A stretch of DNA of 64,000 nt from Candidatus Rariloculaceae bacterium. GTDB lineage: Bacteria; Pseudomonadota; Gammaproteobacteria; Steroidobacterales; Rariloculaceae. The notes under the pieces were generated by a model. It searched no databases and had not been told where the DNA came from. It worked only from the letters and a program-made list of their open reading frames with translations. The stretch lies in contig OZ250159.1 of assembly GCA_965237785.1 (NCBI GenBank), positions 2,382,204 through 2,446,203 on the forward strand. Reading direction: 5' to 3'. Position numbers and translations under genes: made by a program. Position 1 is the stretch's first letter. Each line of letters begins with the position of its first letter. Shown here piece by piece: positions 51,853 through 58,662 of the stretch.

Positions 51853-52205
51853 TTTCCCGGCGGTTCCAGTTCGGCAAGCAGCGCCTGCACGACATTGCGC
51901 AATTGCGGCAGGCTGCTGGATGCATAAAGCCAGACGAGTCTCGGCGCTACATCGTCATAGCCATGGGCAAGAAAGTTCCGAAAGTCGACGATGCGACGCA
52001 TCCCGGGAATCTTCTTGGCAAGTTCGGGATGATCCTTGTGCAGGCGGTTTACCGCCTCGCCAATAATTTCGAACTTGCGCTCAACCGCAGCCTGCGTTCG
52101 CGTATCGGCAGCGAATGCGGCGCTGTCCATGCCGTCGGTGAAAATTTCGATATCGGCGCCTGCCTGGTCGATATCCGTCAACAATACACGAGCGTCACGA
52201 CGCAT
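51849..52205 (-). CDS. hepT: HepT-like HEPN (DUF86) toxin
   Basis: Start ATG 52205 (MRRDARVLLTDI...). Rx4H motif FRNFLAHGY. ATGA overlap with the hsdS start, and an 11-nt overlap with mntA. Confidence 0.8.
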   Translation of the reverse strand: MRRDARVLLTDIDQAGADIEIFTDGMDSAAFAADTRTQAAVERKFEIIGEAVNRLHKDHPELAKKIPGMRRIVDFRNFLAHGYDDVAPRLVWLYASSSLPQLRNVVQALLAELEPPGK

Positions 52206-52512
52206 AAACAACTTCGCGCGATTCGTTGATGGAGGCACGCAGATACGGGTTGCGGAACTCGTGATTTTCGACCATGTCGACCGGGCGCCCCAATGCCTCA
52301 CGCAGCTCGTCGACAAGGCCGAAGAACTGTTCGAGAGGCGGCAGATCGCTGTTGGGATCGAACTCGACAAGGAAGTCGGCATCACTTGTGTCGGGATTGA
52401 AATCCGTCCCGCGCGCCGCCGAGCCGAAGACCTCTAGCCTCGCCACGTCGTAGCGCCGGCAGACTTCGGCCAGTTCTTCCCGTTTGTCAGCAATGGCAGC
52501 GTGCATGTTCAA
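52195..52512 (-). CDS. mntA: MntA-like minimal nucleotidyltransferase antitoxin
   Basis: NTase motif LEVFGSAARGTDFNPDTSDADFLVEF (GSxxRG...DxD). Confidence 0.8.
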   Translation of the reverse strand: MNMHAAIADKREELAEVCRRYDVARLEVFGSAARGTDFNPDTSDADFLVEFDPNSDLPPLEQFFGLVDELREALGRPVDMVENHEFRNPYLRASINESREVVYAS

Positions 52513-52551
52513 CCCTCCCGCTTCGGCGGCAAACTGTGCCCTTCCACGGCG

Positions 52552-54003
52552 CTATCGTAACAGCGCCTCCGCCAGCATTCCTTTCAACTGCTCTTGCACC
52601 GATTTCACTTCGGCCTCAGCGGTGGTCAGGTCCGCAAGAATCGACTCGGGATCGCCGTAGTCCTCCTCCCCCGTATGAGGATTCCTGATATCGAGGTTGT
52701 AGCCGCGCGTCTTGATCTCTTCGGCGCCGACCTTCCAGGCGCGATCTCCTTCCTCGCGGCCAGCACGCGCAGCGCCGCCCCACCAGGCTGCGCAATCGTC
52801 CAGATGCTCGAGCTTGATGGGCCTGGTCATGGAATAGGCCTTTTGCCCCTCGGGCACGAGGTGCTCCCAGAACCAGATGTCCCTCGTCGGCTCTCCCTTC
52901 TCGAAAAACAGCAGGTTCGTTCCGATCGAGGCATAGGGCCGGAAGACCGAGTTCGGCAGGCGCACGATGGTGTGAAGGTTGCATTCCTCCATCAGATGCT
53001 CCTTGAGCCTGGTCTTGATGCCCTCGCCAAACAGCGAGCCGTCGGGTAGGACCACCGCCGCCCTGCCGCCGGGTTTGAGAAGCCGGACGATCAGGGCGAG
53101 GAACAGATCGGCCGTCTCCCGCGTCTTGAAATGCTTTGGGAAATTGGACTCGATGCCATCTTCTTCCTTTCCGCCGAAGGGCGGATTGGTCAGCACGATA
53201 TCCACGCGCTCGTCCTGGCCCCAGGAGATGTAGGGACGCGCCAGCGTGTTGTCATGACGAAGGAAGGACGGATCCTCAATGCCGTGCAGCAGCATGTTCG
53301 TGACGGCGAGCATGTGAGGAAGCGGCTTCTTTTCCACCGCGCGGAGCGAGGCCTGCATCCTGGCCTCGTCTTCGGGCCGTTTCACGTAGCGCTCGCGCAT
53401 ATGGCGGATGGCGCAGGTGAGGAATCCGCCGGTGCCGCAGGCCGGGTCGAACAGCGTCTCTCCGGGTTTCGGGTCGATCATCCGCGCCATGAAGGAGGTC
53501 ACGGCGCGCGGCGTGTAGTATTCGCCTGCGTTGCCGGCAGATTGCAAGTTATTCAGGATTTGCTCGTAAATGTCGCCGAAGTGCTGGCGTTCGGCCAGGT
53601 CATTGAAGTCGATGCCGTTGATCTTGTTGACGACCTGCCGCATCAGCTGGCCGGACTTCATGTAGTTGTGGGCATCCTCGAACACATCGCGCACGACGTT
53701 GGCCCGGGGGCCGCTCCCGGGCGGAAGCCCCTTGAGCTTCGGAAAGAGATCGCCGTTGACAAAGGCGAGGAGTTCCTCGCCGGTGATGCCTTCCGGGTCG
53801 GCGGCCCAGTCGCGCCATTGCAGTTGGGCGGGGATAGGCGAGCGATAGTCGTCGCTGAACTCTTCGAGTTCCTGATCCTGGTCGTCGATGATCTTGAGGA
53901 AGAACATCCAGCAGAGCTGACTGATGCGCTGGGCATCCCCATCGACGCCCACATCCTGGCGCATGATATCCTGAATGGATTTCACGAGATTGCTGACGGC
54001 CAT
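52552..54003 (-). CDS. hsdM: Type I restriction-modification N6-adenine DNA methyltransferase HsdM
   Basis: Start ATG 54003 (MAVSNLVKSIQDIMRQD...). Motifs DPACGTGGFL and VLTNPPFGGKEE (NPPF). The track's Arg-rich extension to 54162 overlaps hsdR and is rejected. Confidence 0.9.
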   Translation of the reverse strand: MAVSNLVKSIQDIMRQDVGVDGDAQRISQLCWMFFLKIIDDQDQELEEFSDDYRSPIPAQLQWRDWAADPEGITGEELLAFVNGDLFPKLKGLPPGSGPRANVVRDVFEDAHNYMKSGQLMRQVVNKINGIDFNDLAERQHFGDIYEQILNNLQSAGNAGEYYTPRAVTSFMARMIDPKPGETLFDPACGTGGFLTCAIRHMRERYVKRPEDEARMQASLRAVEKKPLPHMLAVTNMLLHGIEDPSFLRHDNTLARPYISWGQDERVDIVLTNPPFGGKEEDGIESNFPKHFKTRETADLFLALIVRLLKPGGRAAVVLPDGSLFGEGIKTRLKEHLMEECNLHTIVRLPNSVFRPYASIGTNLLFFEKGEPTRDIWFWEHLVPEGQKAYSMTRPIKLEHLDDCAAWWGGAARAGREEGDRAWKVGAEEIKTRGYNLDIRNPHTGEEDYGDPESILADLTTAEAEVKSVQEQLKGMLAEALLR

Positions 54004-54005
54004 GC

Positions 54006-56483
54006 TCAGGCGGTATCCCTGTAGAGCGCGGATTGAAGGTCGTGCACAGCCCGCTCGAAACCCGGCCTGCCGCCGAACGCGCGGACCAGTTCGAGCGGCG
54101 TGCCGAGCCTGTCGATCGGCGGAATCCTGAGCACGTTGGCGTCGTCGAGGTTGAGCACGCACTCGTCGGCGTACTTGTCGAGCAGCGCATCGAGCACGGC
54201 GCGGGCCTGCTCTCCGTACTTCGTGAACGCGTCGCGTTTCTTGACGTTGTCGGCCCGCTCGCGGCGCGTCAGCGGTTTGGCATCGAACGCCACATGGCAG
54301 ATTAGATCGAAAGGATCGAGATCCCTCCCCAACTCGTCGACGAGCACGGTCAACGGCAGACCCTCGGCCGCCATTTCCTCGATAATCGCCTGCTTGCGCT
54401 CGGCGGCATTCCAGCGTCTCAGAAAGTCGTCAAGGCTTGCGAAACGCTTACGCAGGGCTTTCCTGGTGAAGTCGCGCAGCGACTCGGTAACAAGCTTGCC
54501 ATGCTCGTCGAGGTATTCCACCCGCTCGGCGACTATGGCCGCGTCGACGCCGTCGACGTAGACCTTCTTTTGCGGCCCGTTCCCGGGCGGCGGCGGAAGG
54601 TCGGGATCGTCGATGACTATTTCGCCATCGTCAGGGTGGTCGGGAAGCGTGCCGCCGTCGTCATCGACGGGCGGTACCTCGGGCGGGTCGATGGGATCGT
54701 CGTCGCCGGGTTCGTAGATCTGCACCGGTTCCCCGTCGAACTCCGGATCTGCGAAATGACTGGTCGCGCCCCGGCAGTCGATCAGCGTGAAATAGAATTT
54801 GCGCGTGTCCTCGTGCACCCGGGTGCCGCGGCCGACGATCTGCTTGAACTCGGTCATTGAACCAACGGCCCGGTCAAGCACGATCAGCCGGCAAGTCTGC
54901 ACGTCGACGCCGGTGGAAAGCAGGCGTGACGTGGTGACAAGGACGGGGTATTTGGATTCCGGGTCGATGAAGTTGCCGAGCTCGTTCTGCCCCTCGGCAT
55001 CGCTGCCGGTGATGCGCATGACATAGCGGCGGTTCCCGTCCACGAGATCCGCGTTCTCATTGACCAGCGCCTGACGCATGCGCGCGGCGTGTTCCTGATC
55101 GACGCAAAAGACGATGGCCTTCTGAAAGCGATCTCCACTCTCCTTCAGGAATTGCGAGACCTTTTGCGCCACCAGCCTTGTGCGCCCGTCTATGACAAGC
55201 GTGCGGTCGAAATCCTTCACGTTGTAGATGCGATCCTCGACCTCCTCACCCTCTCGGTCGAGCTGGCCCATTTCCGGGCGGTAGCCCTGCACGTCGCGGT
55301 CGATGTGGACCTTGACCACCTTGTAGGGCGCGAGGAAGCCGTCGCGGATGCCCTGCTTCAGGGAATAGGAGAACACCGGCTCCCCGAAATAGGCGATGTT
55401 GGACACGTATTTTGTCTCTTTCGGTGTCGCGGTGAGGCCGATCTGGGTGGCCGAGGAGAAATATTCCAGTATCTCGCGCCATGCCGAATCTTCGGCGGCA
55501 CTGCCCCGGTGGCACTCATCGATCACGATCAGATCGAAAAAACCAGGCGAAAACTCCCGATAGATCTTCTGGTGTTCCTCCGGCCCGGTGATCGCCTGGT
55601 AGAGTCCGAGATAGATTTCAAAGGCTGTGTCGATGCGGCGCTTCTTGTCGATGGCTCGCGTCATGTCGATCTGGCTGCCATCGTCGCGCTCGATGGTCTT
55701 GGCATAAGTCGACAGCTTGGCCATTGCACCGCCGAATGGGCGGAAATCGTTCACCATGGTCTGGTCGATCAGCACGTTGCGGTCGGCAAGGAATAGGGTG
55801 CGCTTCTTGCGTCCCGACTTCCACAGCCGCCAGATGATCTGAAATGCAGTGTAGGTCTTGCCCGTGCCGGTTGCCATGACGAGCAGGATGCGATCTTGCC
55901 CCTTGGCGATCGCCTCAATGGCGGCGTTTATGGCGTTGTTTTGATAGTAACGTGGCTTCTTGCCGCTGCCGTCTTCGTGATAGTTCTGAAGGACGATCTT
56001 CTCGGACTCTGGGTCAAGTCCTTTCCAGGTCCGATAGCGGGACCATAGTTCGGCGGGCGGGGGAAATTCTTTCAGGGAGAGGTTCGTCTCGCGCGGTGTC
56101 GTGGCGCCGGCGCCGGCGCCGGCGCCGGTGCGGTCGTGAAACACGAAGCCGTCGCCGTTGGAGGAGAACACGAAGGGGATGTTCAGCGTTTCGGCGTAGC
56201 CGAGCGCTTGTTGCATGCCGTCGCCGACGCTGTGTTTATTGTCCTTGGCCTCAATGACGGCAAGGGGAATGTTGGGCTTGTAGTAGAGGATGTAGTCGGC
56301 GCGCTTGGCTTGGCCGCGCGTGACCAGCTTGCCGCGGACGATGATGCGGCCGTTGGTGAAGCTTACCTCCTCGCGGATTTGCTGCATTTCGTCCCAGCCA
56401 GCCCTGCGGAGAGCGGGGGTGATGAACTTGGTGCAGATGTCGCGTTCGGAGAGGCTTCGTTTGTCCATGACGGTTAACGACAT
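54006..56483 (-). CDS. hsdR: Type I restriction enzyme endonuclease/translocase subunit HsdR
   Basis: N-terminal PD-(D/E)xK (RADYILYY...PLAVIEAKD). SF2 motifs MATGTGKT and VIDECHRGS. 825 aa. Confidence 0.9.
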   Translation of the reverse strand: MSLTVMDKRSLSERDICTKFITPALRRAGWDEMQQIREEVSFTNGRIIVRGKLVTRGQAKRADYILYYKPNIPLAVIEAKDNKHSVGDGMQQALGYAETLNIPFVFSSNGDGFVFHDRTGAGAGAGATTPRETNLSLKEFPPPAELWSRYRTWKGLDPESEKIVLQNYHEDGSGKKPRYYQNNAINAAIEAIAKGQDRILLVMATGTGKTYTAFQIIWRLWKSGRKKRTLFLADRNVLIDQTMVNDFRPFGGAMAKLSTYAKTIERDDGSQIDMTRAIDKKRRIDTAFEIYLGLYQAITGPEEHQKIYREFSPGFFDLIVIDECHRGSAAEDSAWREILEYFSSATQIGLTATPKETKYVSNIAYFGEPVFSYSLKQGIRDGFLAPYKVVKVHIDRDVQGYRPEMGQLDREGEEVEDRIYNVKDFDRTLVIDGRTRLVAQKVSQFLKESGDRFQKAIVFCVDQEHAARMRQALVNENADLVDGNRRYVMRITGSDAEGQNELGNFIDPESKYPVLVTTSRLLSTGVDVQTCRLIVLDRAVGSMTEFKQIVGRGTRVHEDTRKFYFTLIDCRGATSHFADPEFDGEPVQIYEPGDDDPIDPPEVPPVDDDGGTLPDHPDDGEIVIDDPDLPPPPGNGPQKKVYVDGVDAAIVAERVEYLDEHGKLVTESLRDFTRKALRKRFASLDDFLRRWNAAERKQAIIEEMAAEGLPLTVLVDELGRDLDPFDLICHVAFDAKPLTRRERADNVKKRDAFTKYGEQARAVLDALLDKYADECVLNLDDANVLRIPPIDRLGTPLELVRAFGGRPGFERAVHDLQSALYRDTA
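56104..56127. repeat. (GCGCCG)x4 in-frame hexanucleotide repeat inside hsdR
   Basis: Reads GCGCCGGCGCCGGCGCCGGCGCCG on the + strand. It encodes the GAGAGAGA linker in HsdR (..DRTGAGAGAGATTP..). Confidence 0.8.
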
Positions 56484-56499
56484 CCCTGTCCGTTGCCTT

Positions 56500-56724
56500 T
56501 CATCCCCGTGCCTTCCTTTCCGGGTGTGATTCAGGCGACTCTGGCGACTTCAGCCGCTTGAATTCCTCAACCGAGAGCAGGATAACCATTGACCGTCCAT
56601 GATTGATCATCGAAATAGGCTCCGCGCGGGCGAAGGTGAACAGGTGCCAAAGTCGCAGGGAGCGTCTTTGGCACCCTGGGCCTGTCCGAATCTTCCCGTC
56701 GGTGCCAGCAGCAATATTGGCCAA
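56500..56724 (-). CDS. Small ORF with Phd/YefM-antitoxin-like C-terminal segment (doubtful/possibly remnant)
   Basis: EPISMINHGRSMVILLSVEEFKRLK resembles Phd [25 protein letters not shown]. The N-terminal 35 aa do not fit, and no cognate toxin gene is adjacent. It lies 16 nt upstream of hsdR. Confidence 0.3.
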   Translation of the reverse strand: MANIAAGTDGKIRTGPGCQRRSLRLWHLFTFARAEPISMINHGRSMVILLSVEEFKRLKSPESPESHPERKARG

Positions 56725-57108
56725 TTTAGCCGAAAACGCAACAGATCAGCCTTCTCCGGAGCCGTCCTTCGCTTCATGGCACCCGTTAGCCGTATCCAGA
56801 ATAGTGTGCCGTCGCTGACGCCATCACTCGGAGTTTTGATACTATATCCGGGCAATAATCAGGGCGAGGCATGTCCGGCCTTTTGTCGGGGTAGCGGCTA
56901 TTTCCAGCATTAGCCACCACATTCTCCCCTACAATCGCCCGATTAGCAGCGCTATTGTCTGGTTTAATAGTCATTATCCTGGAAACAATCATTAAACGTG
57001 GAAAATTCGGTCGACGCGCCAATTACGCACCGATTGAATCGACTTGGCCCGCAGTCGTTGGACGAGTTTGCGGTAGGCCCCTCATTGCCAGCTCCGTTTT
57101 GAATAGCG

Positions 57109-57903
57109 ATGCCGTTTGACCAAGCCCGGACCGAGCTCGTCCTTCAATTCGCACTGTTGGTCGCTGGCGAAGAAGATAGCCCTTTTGATCGCCAGCTCGG
57201 GCCAATTCACTTGCTCAAGTACGTCTATCTCGCCGACTTGGTGAATGCGCGTCGAAACGATGGAAAGGTCTTTACCGGCGCGGATTGGCGTTTCCACAAG
57301 TTTGGTCCCTGGTCCAATGCGATACATGAAGTTATTGATCCGGCGCTACGAAAGATCGGAGCAGAAAAGCTGGAGTTCGCGAGCGATTACGGAGAAGACG
57401 ATTGGGTCCGATACTCGGTTCGAGATGATCGCCTGCTAACCGAAAAGGGACGCTCGCTTCCAACTTGGATTGCGATGGAACTACGCCGTGATATTCATAA
57501 GTTTGGCAAGGACACGCCGGCATTGCTGGATTATGTATACAAGACCAAACCGATGCTTTCGGCCAGCCCGAATGACTATCTTGATTTCTCGCTCGAAGTG
57601 GAATCCTTCACCGAGATGATGCGAGAACGGCAGCAGCTAAGAGTCGACAAACTATCTGCAAGAAAAAGAAAACGATTCAGGGAGCGGCTTGGAAAACTGC
57701 GAAATGAGCAACAGCGAAGAAAAACGGTACGCCCGAATCTGCTGGATCCCGTTGCGAGCCCCAGGCACGACGATATCTACGAGGAGGGAATAGCTTGGCT
57801 TGATCAACTTGCCGGTCCTCAGTTAGAGAGCGGGGACTGTTTGGTCGAGTTCTCTGGGGAAGTCTGGAATTCTCCCACGCGTAAGAGGGGAGATGTTTCC
57901 TGA
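57109..57903 (+). CDS. Panacea/DUF4065 (SocA/GepA-like) antitoxin-domain protein
   Basis: IHLLKYVYLADLVNARRNDGKVFTGADWRFHKFGPWSNAIHEVI fits the DUF4065 core (KLxKLLYxAD...G...W..GPV). The C-terminal region is basic coiled coil. Confidence 0.65.
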   Translation: MPFDQARTELVLQFALLVAGEEDSPFDRQLGPIHLLKYVYLADLVNARRNDGKVFTGADWRFHKFGPWSNAIHEVIDPALRKIGAEKLEFASDYGEDDWVRYSVRDDRLLTEKGRSLPTWIAMELRRDIHKFGKDTPALLDYVYKTKPMLSASPNDYLDFSLEVESFTEMMRERQQLRVDKLSARKRKRFRERLGKLRNEQQRRKTVRPNLLDPVASPRHDDIYEEGIAWLDQLAGPQLESGDCLVEFSGEVWNSPTRKRGDVS

Positions 57904-58603
57904 CGACTGCATACAGGCGATCATTCAGCCATCCGACTGGTGGTTAAAGAATTCCCGCCCGCGGCTTTGTCGCGGTTCTTTGATCTACGCGTTTGTACCG
58001 CACGTAGATCAGGTGCCATACACATTCGATCCTATCGGGCGCCGTCAGCCTGACGAGCACACAACAGCAGAGGTTCGCATCGCTCCGCTTAGAATAGCGC
58101 AGGCACGAAGGACAACAAATCTCCCGGTTGCTGCGATGCCCCTATACTCCGGTGAAGTCTGGACTACCTATCGGGCGAAAAAACGACCATGCCTCGTGAT
58201 CGGGTGCGATAGTCCGTTAGTAGAGAGAAAACTTGTAAGGGGAATGCCGAATCGCTCAAGCGCACCGATCCTGCTGGCCGCACCCTATTACGGAGCTGAT
58301 AAGGACGGCAAACGGAGTGGGTATAACCCGGTTTTCCTTGAGAGAATACGGCACTGTGAATACCCGCAATTTGTTTGGGATAGTCTTCCGATCGGCGGTC
58401 CCAAAGAATCGATACTTCGGCTGGATCACATTCAACCTATTGGTACAAATCACAACTCTTACGAGTTATCTGGTTTTGAACTTAGCGCAGATGCGATTGA
58501 AGTAGTTGACGAACACATTCGTTGGTTGATTTGGGGCGGTGTACTGGAAGACAGCTTGATTGCGCTCTATCGAGATGAGATCGAATCCACTTTCGACCAA
58601 TAG
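57893..58603 (+). CDS. Putative toxin, extended MazF/PemK(CcdB)-like fold
   Basis: Overlaps the upstream gene by 11 nt, with RBS AGAGGGG. The order of elements parallels MazF: RGSLIYAFVPH (GDLIWVDFDP), KKRPCLVIG (HRPAVVLS), ILLAAPYYG, ESILRLDHIQPIG, and a C-terminal helix. A roughly 50-aa insertion follows strand 1. Confidence 0.45.
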   Translation: MFPDDCIQAIIQPSDWWLKNSRPRLCRGSLIYAFVPHVDQVPYTFDPIGRRQPDEHTTAEVRIAPLRIAQARRTTNLPVAAMPLYSGEVWTTYRAKKRPCLVIGCDSPLVERKLVRGMPNRSSAPILLAAPYYGADKDGKRSGYNPVFLERIRHCEYPQFVWDSLPIGGPKESILRLDHIQPIGTNHNSYELSGFELSADAIEVVDEHIRWLIWGGVLEDSLIALYRDEIESTFDQ

Positions 58604-58662
58604 CGTGAAATTGGAGCAATCCCGCATCCTGCGCTCTTCCTGTTCAAATCAACTGCAGCTGA

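Noticed and set aside
53131-55796. Plus-strand ORFs 53131-54024 (297 aa) and 55089-55796 (235 aa); likewise 59764-60813 (349 aa) opposite the helicase
   Set aside because: They are antisense to hsdM, hsdR and the UvrD-like helicase, all of which carry canonical motifs. None has an independent signal.
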